This document shows, in pieces, positions 47,901 through 52,039 of a stretch of 64,000 bases of DNA. The stretch's first letter is position 1, and the number at the start of each line of letters is the position of its first letter. The DNA is from a virus. A program made the position numbers and the translations under genes. The stretch is from positions 45,212-109,211 of the IMG/VR virus record IMGVR_UViG_3300035204_001773; one strand, written 5' to 3'. The notes under the pieces were generated by a model. It was not told where the DNA came from. It saw only the letters and a list, made by a program, of their open reading frames with translations, and did no database searches.

Positions 47901-48189
47901 TTAAAATTGTATTAATTTCTGTTAAAGATTTTTCAACCTCCACAGCGGAACTTACCATTTGTCTAAACGCATCTTGAACACCCATAATAAGACCAGCGGA
48001 TGCGCCAAAGGCAAGTACACGAGCATTAGAAGCGGCGAGAGATTTTTCAAATTCACCCAGATCCCCCTTGATGCGACCAAGAGGAGCGCCATCGAAATTT
48101 ACAGACACAGGTACGCGACTTAGCTTCTTAAGCCTCTTTTCGAGAGGGCTTAAATCACCATGTACCTTGACTGTTACTGATCCGGGCAT
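23956..48189 (-). CDS. giant (8077 aa) tape measure protein with embedded enzyme cassettes (polyvalent TMP)
   Basis: N-terminal TP901-type TMP core (EVEKSLTEINTIL...AAGEFARQG...ALILTRISGLDA...FAVSSGDLAEAIRRVG...RGGNVIGNAFKTIFTRI). Canonical position after tube and chaperone genes. Two hydrophobic blocks, long coiled coils, 17x GxxPNF and internal enzyme motifs. Confidence 0.92.
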   Translation of the reverse strand: MPGSVTVKVHGDLSPLEKRLKKLSRVPVSVNFDGAPLGRIKGDLGEFEKSLAASNARVLAFGASAGLIMGVQDAFRQMVSSAVEVEKSLTEINTILNTSQNQLTKFGNSLFDVARNTAQSFQTVATAAGEFARQGLGMQETLKRTQDALILTRISGLDAAAAVNAITAAMNGYSRAALNSTEIISKMAQVDQAFAVSSGDLAEAIRRVGSTAAGAGVKFEELLAVITATQQVTARGGNVIGNAFKTIFTRIQRPRVLEALEEIGVQTKKQSGQMMPLMQVLQNLARQYDSLAQSQQAQIAELVGGVFQINILKASLSDLTKEFSIYENALGIATSATDEAIARNEKLNQSFSTLINRTMANLKQAGSKLGEDALAPAIKRVLSGINTVLESTDLGASGESLGSKLSSGMSKGLGEFLKGPGLAVGIMALFKLFDKLRIYAVDAFKTISGGGKHMADQQRIQTQLNSLLAEEPRMLKEIMRGTKSLADVHRDLLEKIRAENREMTNQAKIVAMLAKTMHSTGSFGGGVMFPMKGGGWDVPGKKGGGGNASGNIPNFFYDPYKEETKMARAMGAASGTRAHMSRGTIDGKRVIMNSSEQEFTAKELFQRYGVKPKGLKGGDSAILPKYKPQVQKVLEKTIEKVKKSEFNKFTAVGSVPNFMAAEKEKLKIPRTYLDLTNEKLDPIKKQLKRASGQADILPGGVVNAHHMASILLPDKGGGKRTPTPGVYNVKFNDKAQQTFGAYGVSLKASFPALSAKRAPDSSEAQESINNQIGAEVSRYANQYFKPPADEADIKKYVNKVVGTGQMAQAVGRAFEGSVDALVYDDTDFAKSSSTRWDYMEGRDGGYHKLRHPDTFGVKTPLADAKNSTSQGNMNSMADKLFEATEFGSRIVNTVQTAGSKDWFGIRRGDPKHGGLGLSSKENIKRKNNPIAKVAGLELEGLDPDSYFSGDMGAADKERVDKTIGALLHGSEFSRTAGDEGGEISKDTINSFINEGQFKEQWEHSHALFTRRQEEEKRKSRKALATTASSINALPKYMGHVPAFDSSSMALKASGMIPNFARGVLDFDRSKMDRDSWEELVYDAFQTGKPVSTVMGPAGSGKSTFAGLKSGNKALDKKIPNVGKGVLVTNQSQFDAMDKFAIIHGGESLNNDFFGNVLGMSKRLIGLDKSQEEVRGQRESRLSTSHRDDARSHEQLAGTLDAPIDYTAFYDEVEKARPDLKRHKGKTYNVFRGNVPNFLSSNRGRRVVPNYVRPRDLEDGEVVNLEDYDENLGTYPADMPSRSFAFPWSVKKSTLTSRGEDYKASQAPVTVATARGAGSRQAITQGEGTNAVIRRQLESQGVNVDRVITSGSMFNDMKVMDNPDFSTIDPETGLEVGLVRKKDFIQGGRFHGQFEKLGEDGWPEGQGSRQWRYLNAAQKKTLLMARMSKKAKEAGKSPELVLYDDAKANIEEIERLNMTGVRGVQTFETPFANRGANPGGIERSKRASGFIPNFARPSGWKKHHKPDGGFDGGPSYLMLPANPGDPEYDEEVSRLSRLTVRDLMDAGHPKPHWPKGQEPFEGMTEMNDVQSLYDSPLTTRGWKYNPTGQTFKSPEDAISHARGLRLRVAGGFVPNFEDRTEGNYHLLLGPDKKVIDRSREGKSVSQEHVRLLKKAREMGKGHVVTDPDMIDTTTGQRVAGGFVPSFASSMRTTKGLSTSLRSAQKKESQIDHYDANALWRYAPSLGTYVHESDNRGTGPKRKLSWVRDHIDKSGAQGSALGAMGDKQAMAAWGNVPNFAADKTITLADGTVINLSKGERAPHYTPVLTMGTRAPGQSGGSAEEPSEISSRHKSSRVQRYGLDPKVFDSGIRDRFYDKVEQQVSGTVLPNMGTWFIDEAGPGMTVKQSYGGDEEAALQDPDFKNQLAQVTGKLQSKFAVGGMKLPVGTKRDLAGALWEGMIHGMTTAQKTTVGGRTPPQDTVSGKPYTAGEEPIDISNERIQEEFGGMFTPGMPMQGLEIKATDFDSDDLKSKEPHYLYEMGLNSSEISALQTGKSGDPAYDQALVRANNLHKDHIARIGKKKLVAKYAGNIPNFFERFKGTTPTGNEVDKDLIRKEETLWARLKRTIKSFIPKQDNKRPSSQKMSARNLGNLLNEDEIKNSINSLKEFFNEYSPKISGDNIFGIGAKGHSFIEAVFTGNEPEFRSLGAIDEQGNIQPTREETEKNRKNRREHFHQLEIKARQTLRRKGVNLYGMSQQDEEAAIRKQVMRDLSEAEQAEYLQMGGVDKRAGGTGKGRAGGFVPNFEKWARGQDLKNDSVAFSADGGKTATYDPRAGTRFHFQAAAYLKGRRESHAGEGGFINAGPGSKFNGRDVNDGRSESSQEAHRELMGALAGDMGGMGFGRGHVPSFARKLRTLVGAPGVGKSTWLKENAPKDFIVSRDDIVNQVTKDMGLTYDDSFETPAAGTRLGQTHPKYGKAVINPEYDEEKAEQQPWIPKLIWDKIGQVRSEIQNKFDKRVAEAGKSGKDISVDMTNMSARERSMSLNMFDENDIKGYEKQAVVFSDISQLPDEKQQQVISAVKAITARRAELTKAKGGSKTIPDAAIEGMFNRFEAPTLDEGFDKITNINDVERILQLAKPENLANMKSLGFIPNFLNLFRGYKEGEYQYGEDGRPDMSYTNVGWSDWKQETVTTTRQAGEGNTPEESLRSFEGWLADQSVRTKSQPGVASLSRSEGVAQRWGEHRGAMLELTPGDEEVGSAPEIPPADGSPGTAGELARRSEASSGLRETKHGTKRLMNREKTRRWLGLQLGAGRNGQEAVARLIDLAMKKAIYFDVQHWNGPDQELQKISAGGWQHHSPRSEQEVKRIGGIHGARGYVPNFADGHFTRSAWTPGIKEQVAKAEEREINALSVREDISRQEAKSHIFLGQDKRITANPLNLGVGNDIDEKKGLGQGVSRALKEGKNPNTYGIAAAGYIPNFLDDDEEGGFARWLKEKETTLTSGKMGAAVRAGGHLTKGVLGSPLSGLEPAVKTMEKEVKALVKTLKTMKKGSDEYNVTLAQLEQVESELVKVEGDKANLSGKTTVTASSMRSAGEEVGIGAAGLSDVRRERVDSDISSDQLSRSFMMSQIGMSLGEIVPEAKGVTDTLVGMQNSFSAIVAVLPGTFGRVVGGAAALAVGIDKATAWIRDIAMNAKDMAKDAETAKEKYTEINDAMSQYMSTWDQLNSAKQDGAAPFETMRRLDKKLLDLMGSITAIDEEAGMAMGMAVSANQLKEAYEKARQRLEEDRNQKVAGDNLTKRQQQGNAGVLKTLAEGLTLGMMDFGNPYETGGTFGTKRSKIDNKAAEEDAKEVLSSIGAFSNRDAMTKLAGGPGLKSAGDDASAIISILENAGLSLNANAQQGIQNLEGKGGLTILAKEMDKLIQAQKENSDKHDESNAAREKARKQSEKLKEALDQAKQGFVEAQRNFNDALMFVTKIKDIEGGARRRVDIEGLKGGMGMMRRGTMGASAFGLQVKTAGIRNDQFTKAQDATRGARGKQLSEFQSELTKLQEKKKGSQADDIGRISQEFTAMMEKNKDLSATETADAIKKFTERSDVTSALGPKLINRLVRSSREEGQKVLRQLKELSINTQAQIDIAKQAFEFEKQERQRKRDVSMLGGMDGLLDPDKQTADIEGFLEGLIRMQKTQEAGADFKGQQAKGTAEMLRGLKGLMGGSLFGGREEAQVKAGGGVETAEEVQRRLQIEFPDLMKFRGDFIKQMGKDRSNQLNMMADQAEAAGAPRGVVAGMRREAGRAEESVANVFDEEFMTGAIDKQQLQQLKSIDGRLGSLPKDLASAINFDPQAALTSASTDMGAARRGVQGAQDAYDQFEREGDREANKKKLKDAKRDADMQVGQLAMDPQMMAAMGGMDAKQRKRTLKNIFETEGAGSAADIANMLKAPGAGRKFGISSTHARGLQGVFDQAAREQRDGEDSPFSIGQRVKKPRVATQTAKTLDENLQAHQKLGQLQAQKRRIENELQAADERDRGPIRARLRQTESEIEALREKQSRAAHGFVPGGGGLSASIERSQALEGGYRAGAIKNMKISGVGNVTYNSAESVVSVPGISQPFINPPEFSKAGKAHKQRSKAAWGINPYTVASDGYTPGEKITYKVPSLAAGGSPSPIEVFAPSPDLLPSTDGLRKVEVKYDKLEKWYSEWHDAIARNPDIVNHTELTSDNVLDWQKYDNVKQRIKSSTGINLTPQIALNMPMGAVGMNNTKDFIDRVKSEQEEIRKGNLSNFSLFRGQNEFFTLGQPKENLPGFLHIPEQGGRTRSEFVRGARKMGNQVYHLRTPSQPSVSVSSGTSINEFHGMLQSNGIAKNSGEWTRLMYSFIQKNNPKEKWSEEANKWGINAGSLGGIAAASKARTKQEMMGRGGAHKPVKGSDGNTYANLSPIREYLTSLRNDPETGRDPRAQRELTRRYIQQYYGPKDWKRAYRYLYSLETGIPAYQLGALGDSGGLDERTAIWAFGQTGGRDPKIDGTLGDPSNLSGASLMPAGRGRPVGFDPATGRFLHEDQRKWLQDRGKLRVDHGRKTYAQGMVPMSFAAGGFVPGTGSFGQVYQADIWNKLGMGGTKFTNQEKLDMLDLYDDLLKGRSRGLIDSLPGGTSVRGGVANVLDRRSGHHSTWFGARGGPLGTGGSRKQMVLDTPMGGQAINLAGEEEHSWRAMNAFYAGLSPYFMGSALTDAPEKVKQKKPKKAAQVKKDSKNNWVRNTAKWFTNLGKKTSAGLGGVGMSIKEAMNMASRYKMPFNIKDTWRSWKSSMAEGARKIGGPIVDKVKGMGAGALNKLHGKLFTNYFAEGKIGKLVGGMSKRYAMFESIKLSNLYEQNMAKKTGSPTGVLGESIKKDYANAVKQNWDITKQNTTNKPGGASGARWGGWWDATKNQVVVDDEIVKAGKQKGGAGQMARNVQRGLIVHEMTHALESGKAAQNLGGEASKNAASQYLLKSMGAQVELSQQQAGVGQKGGAAEHRMGTMSPDEFMRQRLGDTAPDKSLMDQAKTSTKGGFSKRAWMKRTHRQVMGGLGEAYNKALATGKSVTVSPSRLAMNAFSGLPPEMADQFSKMLSQQMNDIEIKPGDKRFLNKDGSFSRQKLFKMVKGQAGYQRMIKEIGNRVQLGSIDEEYKTYSTQRMAERMGAKGNWVMAKDFLKVAVPHLLREKNVHPSQLKERFMNFAREKFGRVPKTTALSIHGEKNMGTIQADSNKPALKMSEKFFNSRAGRMLTGLADLRKSPLYRGVKFTGGQISDLSKKFTNLSRSPILKALRGYKQDFSRGKRFTGKMKFDEIKNQKEQIKSRNRMTRIGASVGSAESLAKSIKSQVSKATGSVKTNFWNQVGAFKHGYTGGAKGAFVATDSALRTEGLGKGAAASVQHLKSALGQGQQFAKNLVNMQKSPILNKIIEGHAGAKGMLGDFKHGFKSGNLRKFNIAMPGAPEVKASGAQKLGATFKNLSTSLVDGIGRGKDNFKTWSKSKLNSMKARFNQTELVKGYRFGAGQPTGRQHGGFQGKVEHSRMRKFGAGIKGGQDLVKKLQHQIATGLVDAGETVKSSPVGKAVGSVHKAAASFFDFNRSPLVSKGKKFRGDFSRARRFFGKLSGPQRNSLMAMPEFKSRSLATKLGIKTIQAGDFLKNLFGTPKQAAQLQAATSGTKIDTSGLDKKKPTLAERLRKPYDNFKRGRRFMQKISPEERQNQRAQMKTRDAYTKAGMKSVLAMDYMKNLKKKLGSIPGRLKEAGGKSFADIKKGWKAGALNLDKPERMKFSKEGSGYRGRLVRNTIPMEQLKKGPAANNMSRSEWLARRARIGAGVTKEWLKNLPSRFGGLMNKHLQKSPVMEGFKIGRQGGRGEEMRRLFPDARTGLPGGKREGMFGALGRMTGRFASQLPLVAKGENFWTGKRSLVPSWITEGAREQAMTPKERKAHERKEAAKDRRLARRALQDPNVLKDQLGLTDDQIKLLQKKGLLKKLGSARSFDKVIASLAEQTKSAKKGHGKNRLRIRELSAMNKAANFSVGRSANDGAGGKWSGSVRAPSSRVSSLAAILTDRSMSRAGGGPSARGNVVELSQQNVERMKALDPDFKQEGGKARAKLETNARSSDPKVAGKAKFALANRGYKAGAMGLKGVGKGAMGFGNPHDVNIRKAVAQFEKTRARIEKKVGNGSMSYSKGQNMLKAAWTKHVEGGKNTPLDKVAALPPDKSGRSGAQKLGRLMMAKAGPDSGLLEKQLQAIEKDPGRRSADATKQRNAQLGRLQADALKTEQNMKVKADQELLARRLDAASKDLAKGIEGRRDGKVKTAMKTIGKLSHKIGLYRPEQGGLMSRTLFGNNYKQMWQMGKQKWGFGGGKFGGGTIGRDLRGGAVGIGAGLATGWIGKYLMQNENKTIAKIGEGIATYGGYGVGTYMIMRGLEKEAQQRAAKELAEGAIEQSVKSGSKKSAVKKAADFFTDASDKGLRGAAYKKAGEGLDKVAKKGGIWKSVKASKSGQWTKGMAKKFGGSSAIRGLGVGIVGQMIGSHFVNKAYAKEMEGLQGRMEKGGVDGADATVEMHQLQLQKDRVATGTRLGIDILAMGPALLAGGPVGAAIWVAMTAATLADHFRRQKDMKADEAGAKINAAIARAGEKDHGIRQQLASALWDEVLTQPGSQNRFGLSLNFGEGENAALIYDAEKAASTQKLMSNLIQTGTTASADSSALIDMEKELLRISPEEMRNMSDRLEHYTGKSGKELAAMEPSERAEYIKNNADLAWYDKLSSLGMGDDPEGFAQRTAALFAQQAEMRKASGRFASLEELDSGKLPEATAKRNKILSEMKDIPGLPDEVKMMFKVGEEMNKLDMREEATKAQFKHLEREQMGQSWYEGIDKTMMPGRMQSNIDAQNEVAGRKRDLKAIAEQSRAGRMGGKYHKAMQEGNLVDAEEMLKRGGANEAAIKAWREKMKKMPAMKEKIEARETQLVSQQYVDKNTGKTIKKTQLYKAADGKTYYMSGGRRVEAITRGSFVQDLSATGAIKVEEGDDGESIVRDHRGNILARGSGAKLMDQLHKNIFTGKEGKGDSRLTRKELSEVEIERKMDAKKYGTQGNQRLGVISRAGQTKDMGQMLSMDIQGNAEMIRRTKDPILKRKLQDSQRKTMRKKMLWSIQNAAQEFKEAPNNPPWVKQAAAARFAKIAGNQVAFAQRFGIDFKIGNMKQMMIDDWGGGDRNAITAENWINTEEALEHSLGISQQGFTYGKASGHALDYVRGKYQSARGEKKEKYRDMLEDQKKRASDNMAKSFARQQVAQQKLRALEIRGQGLDSSQAVPDTLLQSLGLSQYAGQKMSMAKVKSALRAERNRHSDMVQAESVRGGKASIDRSGVDVSLADLSMAGAGGFAGGTLLENPQLMTEFGLGGGQSVDPLTGQPGKPSTLFEAAGIDPLMAASPYGQRFKGVALQMLAGGQEAAQLQQAMKSTNDPAMQKRYAKELEKIKLKNQKLKAALEASKQYWQKTLVSDLTVGPGAGPDKAFLADAVTRFGKDLTPEQKTQAAGALFNTGPEGIAQAQRIAGEIRDQITQKRVGDYFNQYENTQAFGNQGKTVGQKKRADDTKLFGQLMVGTGMEMEKLAGGTSVGYEDDPDNLAAMKMFQLMKDANIPPKDFLFNMAKQTGMSEEDMQTPAFRKWLNTTSSAYAEEWQRQETATGVGTKGFSQSGFNKAVGNARDRIEGYVVREGVGSRGVGVKGRDSKGELGGTRKNSFFRDGGTVKVGKGDQASEWKLDPETGEWMKLLTIPGKEEKQWRYVDPSEVSEFQGQVYGEIAQMDPTAGKSGQVLDDALARMSNAELEQLANLKMAKTVLDEERRRRGVKGGQNLAKGFIPNFARGSGSAGKHRGFIPNFSSQLEEAKDREITALMGRGYSKSDAEGSVYVAEHPAIKSNNLRIQGIAAKGYVPNFGVGVFNRIDEPQGPDQGISRARSEGANVNTYGSRTGGVPNFSSGRAAGFVPNFEAATQQINMAATSFGEEISKAAESLSANLEGRSRKDEIEQIRNIGGDSNQTANINVNIDGTVQAIPNAIAQAVIDWSKGNILKGGGYFPPNRTS
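24238..24645 (-). repeat. C-terminal cluster of five G-x-[IV]-P-N-F repeats in the TMP
   Basis: KGFIPNF, RGFIPNF, KGYVPNF, TGGVPNF and AGFVPNF within about 135 aa. Confidence 0.9.
39310..46551 (-). repeat. dispersed peptide repeat G-x-[IV]-P-N-F, main cluster (12 exact copies plus PAF, PNY and 2 PSF variants)
   Basis: Copies near 46525, 46220, 45065 (PAF), 45015, 44480, 44440 (PNY), 43712, 43345, 43135 (PSF), 42860, 41972, 41342, 41027 (PSF), 40292, 39611 and 39314. Confidence 0.9.
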
Positions 48190-48227
48190 TTTTCCTAAAA
48201 ATCCTAATAAAACGTGGGTGTTCTATT

Positions 48228-48241
48228 GTATAATATTACAC
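48228..48241 (-). promoter_or_regulatory. putative phage late promoter motif upstream of the TMP
   Basis: GTGTAATATTATAC; the same motif precedes three other structural genes. Confidence 0.55.
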
Positions 48242-48250
48242 ACATTTTCT

Positions 48251-49480
48251 TTAAGAAATTGCCTTATTCTTTTCGTGATTTTCGAGAATCTCTGCTTCTT
48301 CTTCGGTAATATCGCCCGATTCTTTGAACTCTTTTAATTTCTTTAAGGATTCATGATCCCCTTCTTTTGCGGATTGTAAAGTAAATTTTCTATTATGCGC
48401 CAGTATTTCTTGGTGTTTCTTTTCTTTTTCGACTGGATCGATATTAGAACAGTCTACGTTATGAATTCTCAATAGATCATAAATGTCAAAGTCGCCCTTT
48501 TCATCTTTGACCTTCTCAAGCTCACTAGCGAGATCTACTATATCTTCTCCGCCCTCACGCCTAGATTCCATTTCTTTCTTATCTAACCCGGGCTGAGAAG
48601 TTCCCCCTACCCATTCATCATTTTCCGCTTTGTCAGCGGTGCTCTTAGCTCCTCCCGGCTGCCCCATTTTCGCTTGGGAATAGTACCAATTTACTAACTT
48701 ATCAGGATCATCGTACCAAGTAGCGGGTGGAGTTATTCCGTCTTTGCTATTCTCTAAAAGATTTTTGTACATTTTTCCTTGACTTAATAATTCTGATTGA
48801 AATATGGTTAGTTCAAGAACTGTCTTGTCGAAGAATATTCTTGGGTCGCCGGTGGACAAAAAATATTTATTTAGAAAATAAGGTTGAGTAGCTATTCTCT
48901 GAATGTTCCTACTATCGAAATTTTGAAAAACCAAATTATACTCTGCAATTAAATTATTTAGATCTACTTGGTCTATGTATTCGAAGGTTTCTTCGGTAAA
49001 GTATTGCTCTTTACATTCTGTGTCTGTATAAAAAGAATGATATATATTTAAATCACTATGTTTTCTTATTAAGTGATCCTCTAAAGTTACGCCTAATATC
49101 GATTTTCTTCTATTTTCAATTTTTGATAACTTCGCATGCGCTTCATCAATATTTTTTTCATAGACGTGTTTTTCTAGATTCCCCACTTTTTCTTTAAGGG
49201 CGCTTTGATTATCTATGAATTTTTTAGTTGATTTGAACTCGGCCTCTTCCTCCGGTGTCCAATTTTTGTTTTTTATACACTCTTGTATTTTTTCAGCTTC
49301 CACAAGGAGCCCGTTCGCTCTAGCTTTTTCTGAGTATTCATCTAGCTCATATTCGACAATAGATATGTCATTATCATTAAAATGTTTAATGTATAGATCG
49401 AACTCTTTAGAGTAAGAATACCCTCTTATTATATCAGAGTAATATACCCTTAGCTTTCTTCTGAGCTCTGCGAGGTCCAC
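48251..49480 (-). CDS. putative tail assembly chaperone (second)
   Basis: Acidic, helical protein directly upstream of the TMP. GTG start with upstream AAGGAAGAGG. Confidence 0.5.
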   Translation of the reverse strand: MDLAELRRKLRVYYSDIIRGYSYSKEFDLYIKHFNDNDISIVEYELDEYSEKARANGLLVEAEKIQECIKNKNWTPEEEAEFKSTKKFIDNQSALKEKVGNLEKHVYEKNIDEAHAKLSKIENRRKSILGVTLEDHLIRKHSDLNIYHSFYTDTECKEQYFTEETFEYIDQVDLNNLIAEYNLVFQNFDSRNIQRIATQPYFLNKYFLSTGDPRIFFDKTVLELTIFQSELLSQGKMYKNLLENSKDGITPPATWYDDPDKLVNWYYSQAKMGQPGGAKSTADKAENDEWVGGTSQPGLDKKEMESRREGGEDIVDLASELEKVKDEKGDFDIYDLLRIHNVDCSNIDPVEKEKKHQEILAHNRKFTLQSAKEGDHESLKKLKEFKESGDITEEEAEILENHEKNKAIS

Positions 49481-49483
49481 GCA

Positions 49484-50608
49484 TTAACCCTCTTCCTTGT
49501 TTTCGTTAGGCTTGTTATCCGCTTTCGGCTTGCCTTTTCTAGGCTTTCTTTTTTTTGTTGATTTTTTAAGTGGTTCTTTATCGGCAGGCTTCTCTTCAAC
49601 GACTTCTTTTTTTACCACTTCTTCCTCAACCGTTTCTTCTTCAACCGTTTCTTCTTCAACCGCGCCCTTTACAACTGTAGGGGGGTCTTTGCTTAGCTCT
49701 TCCTCAACCGCCTCTTCTAATACTGATTCTGCAGCTTTATCAGCAGCGTCTTGTTCCTCTTGTAGATCTCTAATTTCTCTTTCCTCCTCTTCAACATCTT
49801 CTAATGACTCCATGTCTTCTGTGTCCTCCCCCATAGATGAATCAGATTCTTTATAGATGTCCATGGCTCTATCGAAGTCTTCTTTATCTGTCGCTTGGCC
49901 CGAATACCAAAAACTTATAAAGTAGGCCAGCTTTTTTATAATCTCATCCCAAAAGGGTTCTTCTTTACTTTCAATTTCGTCATAAATGTCAGCCTTTTCA
50001 TCAAACGAATCACCCGGGAAAATAGCTTGTCCATTCATATACCCCAACTGAAGAACCCACCACATAAGAACTTGGTTCCTCGCTCTATTCTCTGCGGTTT
50101 GATTAAACAGAGACGCTTGAGCTTCTTCAATATCTCTTAAATTTTTTCTTAATTCCAGAATATCATACAAAGACTCTACTAGTTTAGATTCTTTTTCTTC
50201 GGGGTCTAAATTATCCAAGTTGAGTTGGACTCTTTGATATTCGTTTTCTTTATCTAAAAGGGCGTAATAAATTTGAAAATATTCCTCCTTCTCTCTTTCG
50301 CTCATTGAGCCGCCGTCATCTTCGTACCTCTTAGCGAGCAAGGCTTTCGTAAGGAGCCCAGCTTTTATACCTTCTGATAATTTTACTCCATAAAATAACT
50401 CCGCGTCATCATACTGTCTTCTGCTTGGTCTTTTAATAGCGACTTTTTCCGAAATGACTTCTGACACCGTTTTTGTAGTAACTACCTTTTCTCCGTCTTC
50501 GTTCTGTGATTCTACTTTCTGCTCTGAATCAATCGATCTCTTAACGTCGAAAGTGTACATGTATTTACTCTTTACCTGCGGCCTTTTTCCCTTACGTTTT
50601 TTGCTCAT
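49484..50608 (-). CDS. putative tail assembly chaperone (first) with acidic low-complexity tail
   Basis: Between tube gene and TMP. Coiled-coil; VEEET repeats and Lys-rich end. Confidence 0.5.
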   Translation of the reverse strand: MSKKRKGKRPQVKSKYMYTFDVKRSIDSEQKVESQNEDGEKVVTTKTVSEVISEKVAIKRPSRRQYDDAELFYGVKLSEGIKAGLLTKALLAKRYEDDGGSMSEREKEEYFQIYYALLDKENEYQRVQLNLDNLDPEEKESKLVESLYDILELRKNLRDIEEAQASLFNQTAENRARNQVLMWWVLQLGYMNGQAIFPGDSFDEKADIYDEIESKEEPFWDEIIKKLAYFISFWYSGQATDKEDFDRAMDIYKESDSSMGEDTEDMESLEDVEEEEREIRDLQEEQDAADKAAESVLEEAVEEELSKDPPTVVKGAVEEETVEEETVEEEVVKKEVVEEKPADKEPLKKSTKKRKPRKGKPKADNKPNENKEEG

Positions 50609-50949
50609 TCTTTTTCCTTGTTCTTTTGTTCTTTGAAATCTACTTCAATCAAATCCATAAATTTCTCTATGTCTCTAATGCCTTCGTTTCCAAGATCTAA
50701 AATCTTTTTCCTTATATAATTATATTTGTCAGGAGTGAAATAATCAATCTTTTCTACGAACTCTTTAGAAGTTTCTTCTTCGACTTTTTTAAGAAATGAA
50801 TTGTGTTCTCTTTGTAAATCTTCTACGAGATTAATGTACCTCTTGTATAAGTTAATTACATTACGATTGACCACGAATTGGAAAGCTCCTTTTACCTGAT
50901 CACTAACTTTTTGCCCTTTATAAATGGGGGGTATAGATCCCTTACTCAT
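50605..50949 (-). CDS. hypothetical helical protein (tail assembly region)
   Basis: 114-aa ORF with AAGGAATAAGG upstream; ATGA-coupled to the next gene. Confidence 0.7.
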   Translation of the reverse strand: MSKGSIPPIYKGQKVSDQVKGAFQFVVNRNVINLYKRYINLVEDLQREHNSFLKKVEEETSKEFVEKIDYFTPDKYNYIRKKILDLGNEGIRDIEKFMDLIEVDFKEQKNKEKE

Positions 50950-50960
50950 CCTTATTCCTT

Positions 50961-50974
50961 ATATAATTTTACAC
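50961..50974 (-). promoter_or_regulatory. putative late promoter motif
   Basis: GTGTAAAATTATAT directly after the terminator and before the 50949 start. Confidence 0.55.
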
Positions 50975-50992
50975 GAAAAAGAGCAAAAATCC

Positions 50993-51028
50993 AAAAAAAA
51001 AATCCCGCAGGATAAACCTGCAGGATTT
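50993..51028 (-). terminator. Rho-independent terminator after the tail tube gene
   Basis: Minus strand AAATCCTGCAGG-TTTAT-CCTGCGGGATTT (12-bp stem with one G.U pair) followed by a T-run. Confidence 0.85.
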
Positions 51029-51048
51029 GAAATTAGCGAACTAATTTT

Positions 51049-51942
51049 CTATTCGTGCCATGAGAAGTTGTGAATCGTATCAGCCAATGAGCCAATAGAC
51101 GCACTATACACAACACTTACGGTATGGTTATCACCGATACCGCCGTTAAAGGTAACACTATCAGCAATCGCTCCTGTAAGACCGTACTTCTTAGTATCAA
51201 TCTTAAAGACAGCGTTGATCCTGCCTGCGTTCGCCTCTGAGAACTTGGTTGCTTCTGTGAAGTCAACGGTGTTCTTAAGGTCCAGACCTTCTTGAGTCAT
51301 TGTTGCAGAACTCGGGAACTGGATCAAACGTTGGTCACTAAAGCGTTTGTGGAATTTCTCCAAAACTTCTCTAGTAACGTTGACAGTCATGTTACAGCTT
51401 TGTGCAACACCTTCAACATCCAAGAATGAGCCGCCACTGAACTGAGTTCCGATGCTTACTCTCTCTTGGGGTGACGCAGTGGCCGCAGCAGGTACACCTA
51501 CGGTGCCACCACTAGCTAAGCCCGTGCCTTCGAATCCAACAGTTTGTAGCGCAAATGCGCCAACACTAGCTTCAGCCGTAGCCGAAGAAACGAAGCAGCC
51601 CTTAGCTTCGATCTTAGTGGACGCGGTTGTAAAGTCCCTGTGATCAGGGTCAGATCCACCATTGTCTAAGCCGATAACGATTGTGGTCATATTTGCAGCC
51701 GCATTCGTCATAATTTTCTGCTTAGTAACAATACCGGTAGATTTCTCTGCCAATCTCTGGACTTCTACAGTAACTGTTGGAGTAGTTGTTAATAGGCGGT
51801 CATGTGCCGCCAGTTTTCCAAATGCCTGAACGTCGGTACGAGCTAACTCAAACCCATAAGTACAACTTTGTACACCGGGTAGGTTAGTACCATCGACATT
51901 AACGGCCTTGGACGCATATAGAATTCTTTGTCTTGATGCCAT
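51049..51942 (-). CDS. major tail tube protein (putative)
   Basis: 297 aa, beta-rich, with internal duplication (GVQSCTYGFELARTDVQAFGK and VAQSCNMTVNVTREVLEKFHK). Own promoter motif, AGGAG RBS and terminator suggest high expression. Lies between tail-completion and chaperone genes. Confidence 0.7.
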   Translation of the reverse strand: MASRQRILYASKAVNVDGTNLPGVQSCTYGFELARTDVQAFGKLAAHDRLLTTTPTVTVEVQRLAEKSTGIVTKQKIMTNAAANMTTIVIGLDNGGSDPDHRDFTTASTKIEAKGCFVSSATAEASVGAFALQTVGFEGTGLASGGTVGVPAAATASPQERVSIGTQFSGGSFLDVEGVAQSCNMTVNVTREVLEKFHKRFSDQRLIQFPSSATMTQEGLDLKNTVDFTEATKFSEANAGRINAVFKIDTKKYGLTGAIADSVTFNGGIGDNHTVSVVYSASIGSLADTIHNFSWHE

Positions 51943-52039
51943 AATTAATATACTCCTGTTTCTTTATTTATTTATTGTTATTTAAATAAATGAGAACTCT
52001 CACACAAAACAAACCAAAAGTTTAAACCAAAAAACCTTC

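Noticed and set aside
23956-48189. Inteins as the explanation for TMP size
   Set aside because: No C/S-start, HN-end splice junctions or LAGLIDADG motifs seen at cassette borders.
24095-48337. Many 60-125 aa + strand ORFs opposite the TMP
   Set aside because: Antisense shadows with Phe/Leu/Ser/Pro-biased composition and no motifs; no sign that they are immunity genes.
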